Source: a virus (Duplodnaviria; Heunggongvirae; Uroviricota; Caudoviricetes). Taken from it: a stretch of DNA of 42,965 bases. The position numbers were made by a program, and so were the translations under genes. Positions 11,074 to 25,631 of the stretch are shown one piece after another (position 1 is the first letter of the stretch; every line of letters begins with the position of its first letter). The notes under the pieces were generated by a model, which saw only the letters and a list, made by a program, of their open reading frames with translations, was not told where the DNA came from and did not search any database. The stretch covers positions 1 through 42,965 of the IMG/VR virus record IMGVR_UViG_2687453530_000006. The stretch is one strand, 5' to 3'.

Positions 11074-13631
11074 CGTCCACCTCCGGAGAACAGGCCACCA
11101 TCACGCATCTGTGTCTGAATTTCATCACGGGCACCCTTGCGGGCCATGTCATACACCGCCTTCAGAGCAGCCGGACCTATCTGCCCGTTCGTGCCGTCGT
11201 TGTTAATCACCACATGGTTATTCTGCTCAAACGTCCCGGACGCCTGCGACCGGCTGTCAGCCAGACTGCCCGGTGTACCGACATAACCACCGGTGGCATA
11301 GCCGCGCATCAGCCGGTAGAGATTCCCCACGCCAATCCGGCTGGTTGCCTCCTTCGTGAAGACAAATTCACCACGGTGAACAATCCCTGCTGGCTCATAT
11401 TTGCCGCCGGTTCCCGTAAATCCCCCGGTTGCAAAATGGAATTTCGCCGCAGCGGCCTGAATGGCTGTACCACCTGACGCGGATGCGCCGCCACCAACAG
11501 CCCCGCCAATGGCGCTGCCGATACTCCCGACAATCCCCACCATTGCCTGCTTAAGCAGAATTTCTGTCATCATGGACAGCACGGAGCGGGTGAAGCTGCG
11601 CCAGTTCTGTTCACTGCCGGTCAGCATCGCCGCCATATTCTGTGCAATACCATCAAAGGTCTGCGTGGCTGCACTTTTAACCTGTGACATACTGTCCGTG
11701 GCGCTCTCTTCCCACTCACTCCAGCCGGACTTCAGGCCTGCCATCCAGCTCCCGCGAAGCTGGTCTTCAGCCGCCCAGGTCTTTTTCTGCTCTGACATGA
11801 CGTTATTCAGCGCCAGAGGATTATCGCCATACTGTTCCTTCAGGCGCTGTTCCGTGGCTTCCCGCGCTGCCTGCCGGTCAGTCAGCCCCCGGTTTTTCGC
11901 ATCAATGGCTGCCCGTTTTGCCCGTTGCTGCTGTGCGAATTTATCCGCCTGCTGCGCCAGCGCATTCAGGTGCTCCTGATACGTAACCTTGTCACCAAGT
12001 GCAGCCAGCTGGCGTTTGTACTCCAGCGTCTCGTCTTTATGCGCCAGCAGGGATTTCTCCTGTGCGGACAGCTGGCGACGTTGTGCCGCCTCCTCCAGTA
12101 CCGCGAACTGACTTTCTGCCTTCCACAAATCCCGGCGCTGCTGGCTGATTTTCTCATTCGCTCCGGCATGCTTCTCCAGCGTCCGGAGTTCTGCCTGAAG
12201 CGTCAGCAGGGCCGCATGAGCACTGTCTTCCTGACGATCGCCCGCAGACACCTTCACGCCGGACTGTTTCGGCTTTTTCAGCGTCGCTTCATAATCCTTT
12301 TTCGCCGCCGCCATCAGCGTGTTGTAATCTGCCTGCAGGATTTTCCCGTCCTTCAGTGCCTTGTTCAGTTCTTCCTGACGGGCGGTATATTTCTCCAGCG
12401 GCGTCTGCAGCCGTTCGTAAGCCTTCTGCGCCTCTTCGGTATATTTCAGCCGTGACGCTTCGGTATCGCTCTGCTGCTGCGCATTTTTGTCCTGTTGACG
12501 CTGTTGATCTACCCTCTTTTGGGCTGCATCCCGCTCCAAGCGTTTTTTTTCACGATCATCCCAGTAACGCGCCCGTGCTTCATCGTTAACGAAATAATCA
12601 TCCTTGCGCAGATTCCAGATGTCGTCTGCTTTCTTAAACGCAGCCTCTGCCTTAATCAGCATCTCCTGCGCGGTATCAGGACGACCAATATCCAGCACCG
12701 CATCCCACATGGATTTGAATGCACGTGCAGTCCTGTCTGCCCAGGTCTCCAGCGTGCCCATGTTCTCTTTCAGGCGGCGGGTCTGGTCATCAAACCCTTT
12801 CGTTGCGGCCTCGTTCGCCGCCTGCAATGCCCCGGCTTCATCGCCGGAACGCTGCAACTGAGCAACATACGCAATCTGCTCCGCCGTCACGTTATGGAAC
12901 TGGCGTGCCATCGCCGTCAGCCCCGACGTCGGGTCTGTGGTCAGCTTCCCGAAGGCTTCAGCGACCTTGTCCACCTCCACGCCGGATGCAGAGGAGAAAC
13001 GCGCCACACTCTGGCTGATGGACGCAATCTGAGCCTCACCGCTTACCCCCGCCTTAACCAGTGCGCTGAGTGACTCGCTGGTCTGGTTAAACGTCAGCCC
13101 TGCCGCCTGCCCGGCTCTGGACAGGACCAGCATACGATCTGCCGTCAGTCCCGCCTGATTGCCGGAAAGGACCAGCGTTTTGTTGAAATCGGACAGGGTT
13201 GAGTTGCCCTGATACCAGGCATACGCCAGCGCACCGGTCGCCACCGCCAGCGAGGTGGCCCCCACCATCGGCAGGGTGATCGCGCCGGCAAGCCCCCTGA
13301 ACATGGGGATCATCCCGCCGAAGGAGTCCTTAACCTGACCACCCTGTTGCAGCAGGATCAGCCAGGGATTCTGCCCCCCTGCAAGCTGCGTGGCCACGTC
13401 GGTGAACTGTGCAGGCAGCATACGCATGGCGGCTTTATACTGCCCGACGGAAATCCCCGCTTTCTGTGCAGCCAGTGCCTGTCGGCTCAGCGACTGTTCA
13501 ACGACTGCCGCTGTTTTTTTCGCATCACTTTCCGTACCGGAAAAATGACGCCTGACTCTGGCCATCTGCTCGTCAAATCTGGCCGCATCCAGACTTAAAT
13601 CAACGACCAGATCGCCTACCGGTTCAGCCAT
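11070..13631 (-). CDS. H: Tail tape measure protein H
   Basis: 853-aa ORF, same length as lambda H as recalled; extended coiled-coil-like region and Gly-rich C-terminus. Confidence 0.9.
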   Translation of the reverse strand: MAEPVGDLVVDLSLDAARFDEQMARVRRHFSGTESDAKKTAAVVEQSLSRQALAAQKAGISVGQYKAAMRMLPAQFTDVATQLAGGQNPWLILLQQGGQVKDSFGGMIPMFRGLAGAITLPMVGATSLAVATGALAYAWYQGNSTLSDFNKTLVLSGNQAGLTADRMLVLSRAGQAAGLTFNQTSESLSALVKAGVSGEAQIASISQSVARFSSASGVEVDKVAEAFGKLTTDPTSGLTAMARQFHNVTAEQIAYVAQLQRSGDEAGALQAANEAATKGFDDQTRRLKENMGTLETWADRTARAFKSMWDAVLDIGRPDTAQEMLIKAEAAFKKADDIWNLRKDDYFVNDEARARYWDDREKKRLERDAAQKRVDQQRQQDKNAQQQSDTEASRLKYTEEAQKAYERLQTPLEKYTARQEELNKALKDGKILQADYNTLMAAAKKDYEATLKKPKQSGVKVSAGDRQEDSAHAALLTLQAELRTLEKHAGANEKISQQRRDLWKAESQFAVLEEAAQRRQLSAQEKSLLAHKDETLEYKRQLAALGDKVTYQEHLNALAQQADKFAQQQRAKRAAIDAKNRGLTDRQAAREATEQRLKEQYGDNPLALNNVMSEQKKTWAAEDQLRGSWMAGLKSGWSEWEESATDSMSQVKSAATQTFDGIAQNMAAMLTGSEQNWRSFTRSVLSMMTEILLKQAMVGIVGSIGSAIGGAVGGGASASGGTAIQAAAAKFHFATGGFTGTGGKYEPAGIVHRGEFVFTKEATSRIGVGNLYRLMRGYATGGYVGTPGSLADSRSQASGTFEQNNHVVINNDGTNGQIGPAALKAVYDMARKGARDEIQTQMRDGGLFSGGGR

Positions 13632-14462
13632 ACCGGACTCCTCCTGCGATCCCTTCTGATACTGTCATCAGCATTACGTCATCCTCCGTCATGTCCGCCA
13701 CATCCGGGGAAACGGGGATAACTTCATTCACATCCGGGCCAAAGCGGACGCCTCCGGCAAGCCCTGCCGCTTTCTGCATCAGCACATCATCTTCAGGCTC
13801 TTCGTCAGCCTCGCGCCGGTTCAGCAGACTGAAATCCAGCGGATGCATATCCGGATCGCTGAAAAACAGGCTGAGTACGGTGTACGTCAGCCCGGAAAAG
13901 TGCATATCCAGCAGAACATCATGAAAATAATGGGTACTGTAAAAGCGGTGCCAGTCGGCATACTCCGTGGATGACATCCCGGCAAGCATGGCGCGCCAGT
14001 CGGGTCGCCCCATCTCGCGCGCCAGTTTCAGGGCAAAACTCAGCTCACCGTCGAACACTTTCCCGCAGAAACAGGCTCTGCAGGCCCGGCGTCCTCTGCC
14101 TGTTCAGGTGCATCATTCACCACAAACTCATACATACCGGACAACCGGTACACCACGTTTTCAGCATGAGAAATTGCCTCTGTGGGCCAGGTGGTAAGCA
14201 CTTCCTGCTCAATCTGTTTAACGGCTTCATTCATGGACGGCTGCGTTGTCTTCTGTGGATGGTTATGCCACAGGGACATCGCCACCACAAAAGCACCGGT
14301 TCTGATGGCGTCTTCCACAGTAAACTTCCGGTTGCTGTCTGACTCCGCCTGTTCCGCCTGCCGTTTCATCAGGGCGAGATGCTCAATACGCTGCAGGGCT
14401 GACAGTTCAGAAAGCGTGACGGTCACGCCGTTATGTTCAAATGATTCGGTTTTCAGGAACAT
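13624..14462 (-). CDS. Tail assembly chaperone GT (G-T fusion made by programmed -1 frameshift)
   Basis: G ORF (14040-14462) and the overlapping -1-frame T ORF (13624-14058) are joined at the GGGAAAG slippery heptamer (plus-strand complement ctttccc at 14058-14064). Confidence 0.8.
14040..14462 (-). CDS. G: Tail assembly chaperone G
   Basis: 140-aa ORF starting MFLKTESFEHNGVTVTLSELSALQRIEHL, upstream of H as in lambda. Confidence 0.85.
   Translation of the reverse strand: MFLKTESFEHNGVTVTLSELSALQRIEHLALMKRQAEQAESDSNRKFTVEDAIRTGAFVVAMSLWHNHPQKTTQPSMNEAVKQIEQEVLTTWPTEAISHAENVVYRLSGMYEFVVNDAPEQAEDAGPAEPVSAGKCSTVS
14058..14064 (-). other. Programmed -1 ribosomal frameshift slippery site (GGGAAAG)
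   Basis: Exact heptamer on the minus strand at the end of the G ORF where the T frame overlaps. Confidence 0.8.
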
Positions 14463-14477
14463 CGCTGATTCTCCGGA

Positions 14478-15218
14478 TTAACTGGCGGTGACGTTGATTT
14501 CTGCAACCGCAGCAAACTCACCATTACCGGATACGACCGGAATGTTGACCTTGCCTGCAGCAACACCTTTCACGGTGATGGTCATACCACTGACCGACAC
14601 GGTGGCTTTTGTTTTATCCGCAGACACCGCACGGAAGCTCTTGTCGGTTGCGCCTTCCGGCTGGAATGCCACGGTCAGCGTGGTGCTCTTCCCTTTCACC
14701 ACCGAGGTGCTGGCAGGCGTCACGGTCATGCCGGTTGCCGCTGTTACCGTGCTGCGATCTTCTGCCATCGACGGACGTCCCACGTTGGTGACTTTCACCG
14801 TGCGGGTGATCACTTCCTTCGCCGTCACCGCCTTACCGATACTGCTGACCCAGCCGCGGAACACATCGACCGTGCCGTTCGGGAAGCGGATTTTATAGGC
14901 ACGGGTATCCCCTTCATTAAACCACGCCAGCAGCGCCTGCTGCCCCTGCTCTCCGGGCATCCACGCCAGCGTGAAGCTGGTATCTCCGGCGGATTTCTGC
15001 CCCTGTCCGGTCGCGGCCCAGTCCGGATCTTCATCATCGAGATAACTGTCGTCATAGGACTCTGCGGTCAGTTCGCCGGGCGTCAGGTCTTTAACTTTTG
15101 CCAGACGCGACCAGTCAACGTCTGAAAGCGGGTTCGCATAAGGGTCACCGTTCCCCTTATAAACCCACAGAGTGGTTCCGGCCCCTTTCACCGGTGCCAG
15201 AGGATTTGGTGTTGGCAT
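14478..15218 (-). CDS. V: Major tail tube protein V with C-terminal Ig-like (Big_2) domain
   Basis: ORF 14478-15248; start placed at the internal Met ([22 protein letters not shown]) to avoid overlap with U; the upstream ATG at 15248 is the alternative. Confidence 0.85.
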   Translation of the reverse strand: MPTPNPLAPVKGAGTTLWVYKGNGDPYANPLSDVDWSRLAKVKDLTPGELTAESYDDSYLDDEDPDWAATGQGQKSAGDTSFTLAWMPGEQGQQALLAWFNEGDTRAYKIRFPNGTVDVFRGWVSSIGKAVTAKEVITRTVKVTNVGRPSMAEDRSTVTAATGMTVTPASTSVVKGKSTTLTVAFQPEGATDKSFRAVSADKTKATVSVSGMTITVKGVAAGKVNIPVVSGNGEFAAVAEINVTAS

Positions 15219-15225
15219 ATCGTCC

Positions 15226-15621
15226 TCACATTTCATAGGTAATGACATAAGTCAGATCGGCTGAACTCCACAGGCCCGCATCATCGTCGCGCCGGTAGTC
15301 ATAGCCACTGGCCACCATACTGGTGATCAAATCTGACAGTGCCGGGATATCGTTCATCACCGGATAAATCCGGGACTCCATCCACGCATCCAGCTCTGAA
15401 TCCGGCACCTGAGCAGGCAGGAAAACTTCGATATGCAGCGCCGCCTGCCAGGTATCGCTGTCCAGCTCTTCGCCCGTGTATTCAGCGCCGGTGAGATAAA
15501 CGGCAACTGCCGGAAAATCCGCCTCATCAAAAACAGCGGGGCGACCATCAAAAAGCGTCGCCCCGGTGTCATGCTTCTCCAGTGCATCCAGTACGGCTGC
15601 ACGGATTTCTGTATGTTTCAT
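15226..15621 (-). CDS. U: Tail terminator protein U
   Basis: 131-aa ORF starting [16 protein letters not shown]; lambda gene order. Confidence 0.85.
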   Translation of the reverse strand: MKHTEIRAAVLDALEKHDTGATLFDGRPAVFDEADFPAVAVYLTGAEYTGEELDSDTWQAALHIEVFLPAQVPDSELDAWMESRIYPVMNDIPALSDLITSMVASGYDYRRDDDAGLWSSADLTYVITYEM

Positions 15622-16193
15622 CGTTTTATCACAATCCTCAGTTGTTGTTTCAGCGCATAGCCCAGTTCTTTTGGCAGACGTTCTCGCCGGATACGGTTAA
15701 CGTTCTCATCAAAAGCCTGCTTCAGTGGGGCCGCCATCGGAATTTTAACCACCTGAATGGGAAGACGATTACGCTTTTTCCTTCCTTTATCGTCATTGCC
15801 CTTCGCATACCGGGCTTCTGGCAAACGTTGCATAACATGCCAGCGCCCATTATTTAATCGCTGGATGAATGCCCGCTGATAACGATGCTGACCGGCTTTA
15901 AGTATGCTGTTCGGACGATGACCAAGCATCCTGATCCCCAGCTTAATAGCAGGGAGATCACCGCGGTTAACGATAATTTTTGCGTTCGGATTTCTGACCG
16001 TAGCCCTTTTCAGTCTGGATCGCTCTTTAACAAGTTTTCTCGGCACCCGGGTTTCACGGGCGACCTGAGACGAAGACTGATTAATCGCCGTTGTGGCCAC
16101 GCGGTTAATGGCCATTGCTGACGCACCGGGCACCGCCGTTTTGCTGATACGACTGAGGTTTTCAACGGCCTGCTCAAGACCTTTTATGGACAT
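15618..16193 (-). CDS. Z: Tail completion protein Z
   Basis: 191-aa ORF starting MSIKGLEQAVENLSRISKTAVPG and ending [22 protein letters not shown]. Confidence 0.85.
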   Translation of the reverse strand: MSIKGLEQAVENLSRISKTAVPGASAMAINRVATTAINQSSSQVARETRVPRKLVKERSRLKRATVRNPNAKIIVNRGDLPAIKLGIRMLGHRPNSILKAGQHRYQRAFIQRLNNGRWHVMQRLPEARYAKGNDDKGRKKRNRLPIQVVKIPMAAPLKQAFDENVNRIRRERLPKELGYALKQQLRIVIKR

Positions 16194-16204
16194 ACATCCC
16201 CCTT

Positions 16205-16558
16205 TCAGCGGCGACGGTTAACGGCAGGCGGTACGCCCCGCCCAAGCCAGAGATGACAGCTTCCGCCATCATCCGGCGAAATCCGGTCTATCCAGAAGTT
16301 TTCCTCACCGATGCTCAGCGTGTCGCCGCGCCGCAGCTGCCGCACATCATCAGTCCGGACAAACAGGGACGGGCTGGAGCCTTCAACGCGCACGCCCTGT
16401 CCGGCATAGCTGATATTTTCAGGGTCATCAAAAACACCACGTATTACTGCGCCGGACTGCTCACCGGATGTCATGGTGGCTGACGTTCCCATGTACCCGC
16501 GTATCGTTTCATCGGCGCGGGCAATGGCAGCATCGAACAGGTTATCGAAATCAGCCAC
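16205..16558 (-). CDS. FII: Head-tail joining protein FII
   Basis: 117-aa ORF starting MADFDNLFDAAIARADETIRGYMG. Confidence 0.85.
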   Translation of the reverse strand: MADFDNLFDAAIARADETIRGYMGTSATMTSGEQSGAVIRGVFDDPENISYAGQGVRVEGSSPSLFVRTDDVRQLRRGDTLSIGEENFWIDRISPDDGGSCHLWLGRGVPPAVNRRR

Positions 16559-16569
16559 AGCGCCTCCCG

Positions 16570-16965
16570 TTATTGCATTCTGGCCAGGCCGCGCTCTGTC
16601 ATTTCAGCTGCCACACCGGCAGAGACACGGAACGCCGTTCCCGGCAGCACAAATGCCACAGCCTCATCCCGCGTGGCGTGAAGTGCATCGGTATGCAGCG
16701 TCACCAGTGCCACAACCGTGACCAGATCAGCCGTATCAGTCACGGTATCCGGCTGCGCTGATACAACCTCATTTTCATGTCCGGTCAGCGCATTTTCCGG
16801 GCTGACAGATGTGTCCTGACCGGCAGCGTCATCCGTGTCATCAAGCTCCTCTTCCAGCTCTGCCACACGGAGTGCCAGTTCTTCTTTCGTCCCCGTCAGG
16901 CTGACATCACGGTTCAGTTGCTCACCCAGCGACCGGAGACGGGCAATCAGTTCATCTTTCGTCAT
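16570..16965 (-). CDS. FI: DNA packaging protein FI
   Basis: Start placed at the internal Met (MTKDELIARLRSLGEQL), preceded by a GGAGGAG ribosome-binding site; the ORF extends upstream to 17004. Confidence 0.8.
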   Translation of the reverse strand: MTKDELIARLRSLGEQLNRDVSLTGTKEELALRVAELEEELDDTDDAAGQDTSVSPENALTGHENEVVSAQPDTVTDTADLVTVVALVTLHTDALHATRDEAVAFVLPGTAFRVSAGVAAEMTERGLARMQ

Positions 16966-17006
16966 GGACTCCTCCACAGAGAGAAAATGGCCCCGAAGGG
17001 CCACGA

Positions 17007-18032
17007 TTACGCCAGTTGTACGGACACGAACTCATCAGGGTCAGCCAGCAGCATCAGCGGTGCTGACTGAATCATGGTGAACTCACGCGCCGGATCGCCG
17101 GTGGTCACCCAGTTTTTCGGGTAACGGGCAGAGGCGTTAATGCCTTCGCGCTGTGCGTCCGCATCCTGAATGCAGCCATAGGTGCGCAGACCGCGTGCCT
17201 GAGTGTTCCCCAGTACCATCGTGTTGTCCGGCAGGAAGTTCTTTTTGACGCCGTTTTCCACGTACTGTCCGGAATACACGACGATGGCCACATCGCCATA
17301 CATCCCCTTATAGGACACCGCTTTACCCAGGTCTTTCACCGCTGTCTCCAGCTCGGAATGAGAGCCGCGACGGGTATCCAGCTTCTCCCTGACGGCCTTG
17401 AAGGAACGGAACAGCGCCCAGCCTTTCGGATCAAACACGATGATATTCACCACGCCGCTGGCGTTCAGCGCGTAGGCTTCGATATCGTCGGTCGGGTCAT
17501 ACGTGGACTTGTCACGCTTGCTCCACTCCGTGCCGCCGGACTGCGTGATGTTGTTCGCCGCACTGCGGCCCATATCCACCTCAACCGGATCGAAGGCTTC
17601 ACCGGTCATGGTGTATTTGCCCTTGAGCACGGCAGAAACGGCCTGCATCTCTTCGACCTGAGCAATGGCCAGCTCTTCGTCACGCATGTTCTGCATGATG
17701 ATGCGACGGCGGCGGTAAGCCGGGTCCGCCAGATTCTGCGGATCTTCATCCGGCAGGCGACGCAGGGTCATCTGCGGATTCACCTCATGCTTGGGTTTGA
17801 CATATCCCGGCGTAAATTCAGAGGTGGAGCCGCCACGGGAGCGGATAACCTCACCGGAAACAATCGGCGAAACGTACAGCGCCATGTTTACCAGTCCCGG
17901 AATTTGTGAGAGATAGACTTTCTCCGTAGTGAAGGGATAGCTCTCACGGAAAAAGAGACGCAGAAACAGCGGATCAAACTTAAATTTCTGCTCATTTGCC
18001 GCCAGCAGCTGGGCGGTTGTGTACATCGACAT
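17007..18032 (-). CDS. E: Major capsid protein E
   Basis: Start placed at MSMYTTAQLLAANEQKFKFD (341 aa) as in lambda E; the ORF extends upstream to 18059. Confidence 0.9.
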   Translation of the reverse strand: MSMYTTAQLLAANEQKFKFDPLFLRLFFRESYPFTTEKVYLSQIPGLVNMALYVSPIVSGEVIRSRGGSTSEFTPGYVKPKHEVNPQMTLRRLPDEDPQNLADPAYRRRRIIMQNMRDEELAIAQVEEMQAVSAVLKGKYTMTGEAFDPVEVDMGRSAANNITQSGGTEWSKRDKSTYDPTDDIEAYALNASGVVNIIVFDPKGWALFRSFKAVREKLDTRRGSHSELETAVKDLGKAVSYKGMYGDVAIVVYSGQYVENGVKKNFLPDNTMVLGNTQARGLRTYGCIQDADAQREGINASARYPKNWVTTGDPAREFTMIQSAPLMLLADPDEFVSVQLA

Positions 18033-18087
18033 AAAAAAATCCCGTAAAAAAAGCCGCACAGGCGGCCTTTAGTGATGAAGGGTCAGG

Positions 18088-18420
18088 TTAAACGATGCTG
18101 ATTGCCGTTCCGGCAAACGCGGTCCGTTTTTTCGTCTCGTCGCTGGCAGCCTCCGGCCAGAGCACATCCTCATAACGGAACGTGCCGGACTTGTAGAACG
18201 TCAGCGTGGTGCTGGTCTGGTCAGCAGCAACCGCAAGAATGCCAACGGCAGCACCGTCGGTGGTGCCATCCCACGCAACCAGCTTACGGGTGGCGGTGTC
18301 AAGCATCAGCGGGGTCATTGCAGGCGCTTTCGCACTCAATCCGCCGGGCGCGGTTGCGGTATGAGCCGGGTCACTGTTGCCCAGTGGCTGGTAATGGGTA
18401 AAGGTTTCTTTGCTCGTCAT
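18088..18420 (-). CDS. D: Head decoration protein D
   Basis: Start placed at [12 protein letters not shown] (110 aa); the ORF extends upstream to 18426. Confidence 0.9.
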   Translation of the reverse strand: MTSKETFTHYQPLGNSDPAHTATAPGGLSAKAPAMTPLMLDTATRKLVAWDGTTDGAAVGILAVAADQTSTTLTFYKSGTFRYEDVLWPEAASDETKKRTAFAGTAISIV

Positions 18421-18429
18421 AAACATCCC

Positions 18430-18825
18430 TTACACTGGTGTGTTCAGCAAATCGTTAACGGCATCAGATGCCGGGTTACCTGCAGCCAGCGGTGCCGGTG
18501 CCCCCTGCATCAGACGATCCAGCGCAGTGTCACTGCGCGCCTGTGCACTCTGTGGTGCAGCTGCCAGAATGCGGCGGGCCGTTTCCACGGTCATACCGGG
18601 GGTTTCTGCCAGCACGCGGGCCTGTTCTTCGCGTCCGTGAGCCTCCTCACAGTTGAGGATCCCCATAATGCGGCTGTTTTCTGCCGCAACCGCAGCGGTG
18701 ATCTGCGCGTTCACGTCCGGCTGTGCCGCGCTGGCGTTCTCGCCCTCCGTCGCTTGCACCACGCCAGTAACGTCAGCCTGCGAAGCAGTGGCTGAAACAG
18801 TTGTTGATTGAGTCTCTTTGGTCAT
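18430..18825 (-). CDS. Nu3: Scaffolding protein Nu3 (in-frame internal start within C)
   Basis: Internal Met beginning MTKETQSTTVSATASQ, 131 aa in frame with the C-terminus of C, as in lambda. Confidence 0.65.
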   Translation of the reverse strand: MTKETQSTTVSATASQADVTGVVQATEGENASAAQPDVNAQITAAVAAENSRIMGILNCEEAHGREEQARVLAETPGMTVETARRILAAAPQSAQARSDTALDRLMQGAPAPLAAGNPASDAVNDLLNTPV

Positions 18826-19729
18826 TCGCCCTCCTGAGAGACGGGATTTACGTGCATCCAGTGCATCACGCATGACGGTGATCGCATCGGTACTGTTAAC
18901 AAGTTCATCAGCCAGTCCGGCATCAATGGCCTCCTGACCGCTGTACACTGCAGCCTCGGTATCCAGCACAGCCTGCACGGACAGGCCGGTATATGCCGAC
19001 ACCTTCTGTGCAAACATCCGGCGGGTTGCATCCATCCGGGACTGCAATGTTTCCCGGACATCATCCGGTAGATGGCTGTAGGGGTTGCCATCCACCTTAT
19101 GGCTGCCGCTGTAAATCAGCGTGATTTCCACGCCCTGTTTCTCCAGCGCAGCGCCGTAATTACTGTGAGCCATCATGACGCCGATGGAGCCTGTCCGGGC
19201 GGTCTGCGTGACCAGACGCCGGGAGGAGGCACTGGCAAGCAGCTGACCTGCGCTGCAGTTCATGTCATTGGCCAGCGCCCATACCGGCTTTATGTCACGC
19301 ACACGGGCGATGATGTCAGCGCAGTCAAATGCCCCTGCCACCATCCCGCCTGGCGTATCCATATCGAGCAGAATGCCGTCCACCATCGGGTCGCTGGCAG
19401 CCTGTTGCAGACGGGCGATAATGCCGTTGTAACCGGTCATCCCCGAATACGGCTGCAGCGCCCGCGTCCGGCTGACCAGCGTGCCGGACACCGGCAGCAC
19501 GGCGATGCCGTTCATGACCTGATAACTGCGGGCCTGTCGTGGTCCGTCATCATCACCGGATAACGCCAGCGTCGCGGGTGCCTCTCCGGCAGTCAGGCTG
19601 TCGCCGGACACCGCATCCGTCAGGCGGCTGATCCCAAGCTGGCCTGCAAGTGCACAAAAGAAAACCCGCGCATAGGCGGGTTCAAGCATCAGCGGCTCAT
19701 TAAAGGCCATGCTGGCAATATGCGGGAGA

Positions 19730-19749
<20 letters not shown>
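18430..19749 (-). CDS. C: Capsid assembly protease C (S49 family)
   Basis: ORF 18430-19884; start placed at the GTG codon (19747-19749) encoding VTAELRNLPHIASMAFNEP, matching the lambda C N-terminus as recalled; overlaps the end of B. Confidence 0.85.
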
Positions 19750-23430
<3,681 letters not shown>

Positions 23431-23456
<26 letters not shown>

Positions 23457-23976
23457 TCAGCAACCCCGGTATCAGTTCATCCAGCGCGGCTGCTTTGTTC
23501 ATGGCTTTGATGATATCCCGTTTCAGGAAATCAACATGTCGGTTTTCCAGTTCCGGAAAACGCCGCTGCACCGACAGGGGGATCCCGTCGAGAATACTGG
23601 CAATTTCACCTGCGATCCGCGACAGCACGAAAGTACAGAATGCGGTTTCCACCACTTCAGCGGAGTCTCTGGCATTTTTCAGCTCCTGTGCGTCGGCCTG
23701 CGCACGCGTAAGTCGATGGCGTTCGTACTCAATAGTCCCTGGCTGGAGATCTGTCTCGCTGGCCTGCCGCAGTTCTTCAACTTCCCGGCGCAGCTTTTCG
23801 TTCTCAATTTCAGCATCCCTTTCGGCATACCATTTTATGACGGCGGCAGAATCATAAAGCACCTCATTACCCTTGCCACCGCCTCGCAGAACGGGCATTC
23901 CCTGTTCCTGCCAGTTCTGAATGGTACGGATACTCGCACCGAAAATGTCAGCCAGCTGCTTTTTGTTGACTTCCAT
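23431..23976 (-). CDS. Nu1: Terminase small subunit Nu1
   Basis: 181-aa ORF starting MEVNKKQLADIFGASIRTIQNWQEQGMPV (winged HTH); first gene after cos. Confidence 0.9.
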
Positions 23977-24200
23977 TGTTCATTCCACGGACAAAAACAG
24001 AGAAAGGAAACGACAAAGGCCAAAAAGCCCGCTTTCAGCACCTGTCGTTTCCTTTCTTTTCAGGGGGTATTTTAAATAAAAACATTAAGTTACGACGAAG
24101 AAGAACGGAAACACCTTAAACCGGAAAATTTTCATAAATAGCGAAAACCCGCGAGGTCGCCGCCCCGTAACCTGTCGGATCGCCGGAAAGGACCCGCAAA
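23977..24200 (-). other. cos region (cosB, cosN, cosQ); cosN 12-nt cohesive end at 24154-24165
   Basis: Plus-strand aggtcgccgccc at 24154-24165 is the reverse complement of lambda cosN GGGCGGCGACCT; flanking sequence resembles lambda left and right ends as recalled. Confidence 0.85.
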
Positions 24201-24364
24201 ATGATAATAATTATCATCTGCATGTCACAACGTGCATCTACGCCATCAAACCACGTCAAATAATCAATTATGACGCAGGTATCGTATTAATTGATCTGCA
24301 TCAACTTAACGTAAAAACAACTTCAGACAATACAAATCAGCGACACTGAATACAGGGCAACCTC

Positions 24365-24598
24365 ATGTCAACGAAGAACAGAACCCGCAGAACAACAACC
24401 CGCAACATCCGCTTTCCTAACCAAATGATTGAACAAATTAACATCGCTCTTGATCAAAAAGGGTCCGGGAATTTCTCAGCCTGGGTCATTGAAGCCTGCC
24501 GCCGGAGACTGTGCTCAGAAAAAAGAGTTTCTCCTGAAGCAAACAAAGAAAAGAGTGACATTACTGAATTGCTCAGAAAACAGATCAGACCAGATTGA
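24365..24598 (+). CDS. Small ribbon-helix-helix-like protein (lambda right-end ORF homolog)
   Basis: 77-aa ORF; basic N-terminus and NIRFPNQMIEQINIALDQ...WVIEACRRRL pattern typical of RHH folds; sits next to cos as in lambda. Confidence 0.6.
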   Translation: MSTKNRTRRTTTRNIRFPNQMIEQINIALDQKGSGNFSAWVIEACRRRLCSEKRVSPEANKEKSDITELLRKQIRPD

Positions 24599-24654
24599 AG
24601 CAATTTAGATAATCGTGCAGACTACACCCCTCATATCACATGGAAGGTACTACA

Positions 24655-25065
24655 ATGGCTCAGGTTGCCATTTTTAAACAAATATTCGATAAAGTGCGAA
24701 ATAATTTAAACTATCACTGGTTTTATTCTGAACTAAAACGTCACAATGTCTCACATTACATTTACTATTTAGCCACAGAGAATATTCATCTTGTTCTTGA
24801 AAACGATAATACGGTTTTAATAAAAGGACAGGGTAAGGTTGTAAATGTAAGATTTTCAAAAAATAAATGCCTTATAGAAGCCACCTTAAAAGGATTCAAA
24901 TCAGGAGAGTTATCATTTTACGAATACAGGAAAAATCTTGCTACAGCAGGGGTTTTCAGATGGATTACAAATATCCACGAAAACAAAAGGTATTACTATA
25001 CCTTTGATAATTCATTACTCTTTACTGAGAACATTCAGAACACTACACAAATATTTCCGCACTAA
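24655..25065 (+). CDS. DUF1398-family protein (lambda right-end ORF homolog)
   Basis: Start placed at [14 protein letters not shown], preceded by GGAAGG; resembles the lambda ORF adjacent to cos as recalled; the ORF extends upstream to 24640. Confidence 0.7.
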   Translation: MAQVAIFKQIFDKVRNNLNYHWFYSELKRHNVSHYIYYLATENIHLVLENDNTVLIKGQGKVVNVRFSKNKCLIEATLKGFKSGELSFYEYRKNLATAGVFRWITNIHENKRYYYTFDNSLLFTENIQNTTQIFPH

Positions 25066-25133
25066 ATCATAACGTCCGGTTTCTTCCGTGCCAGAACCGG
25101 ACTCGCTGGCATGATGAAATATGTGTACCCTGC

Positions 25134-25631
25134 TCATTGTTGCCCCCACAAACAGACCTCACGCTCAATCTCACGACGAGTCATCAGGCCTTTCCATTGC
25201 TTACCGCCAGCGTATGCCCAGCGACGTAGCTGGTCACATGCGCCCTTGATATCGCCCTGGTTTATTTTGCGAAGAAGAGTAGATGTTCTGAAATTGCCAG
25301 CACCCACGTTGTAGACGAACGAGTAAAGAGCGCCGCGCGTTGTTTCCGGTATATCGACTTTGATGTACGGGTTAATTTGTCTGGCGACAGTGGCAAGGTC
25401 TTTATTCAAGAGTGCTTTGCATTCTGCTTTGGTATACGTTTTACCGAGCATGATGTCTTTTCCTGTATGCCCGTGACATACAGTCCATACACCAACAATA
25501 TCTTTATATGGTATGTAGCTGACACCTTCCAGACCATCGTTACCACTTGGGCCAGTGATTAACACAGATGCTATAGCAATAGCCCCGCCACCAATAGCAG
25601 CAGCAACAGCTTTTCGTAATGATGGAGGCAT
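25134..25631 (-). CDS. R: SAR endolysin (T4-type lysozyme, GH24) of the phage 21 R type
   Basis: 165-aa ORF; N-terminal weakly hydrophobic Gly/Ala-rich SAR segment ([20 protein letters not shown]) followed by a lysozyme domain; start overlaps the holin stop (TAATG). Confidence 0.85.
   Translation of the reverse strand: MPPSLRKAVAAAIGGGAIAIASVLITGPSGNDGLEGVSYIPYKDIVGVWTVCHGHTGKDIMLGKTYTKAECKALLNKDLATVARQINPYIKVDIPETTRGALYSFVYNVGAGNFRTSTLLRKINQGDIKGACDQLRRWAYAGGKQWKGLMTRREIEREVCLWGQQ

Noticed and set aside
11461-13073. Several plus-strand ORFs (172-192 aa) antisense to the tape measure gene H
   Set aside because: Embedded opposite a conserved 853-aa gene; no ribosome-binding sites or motifs.
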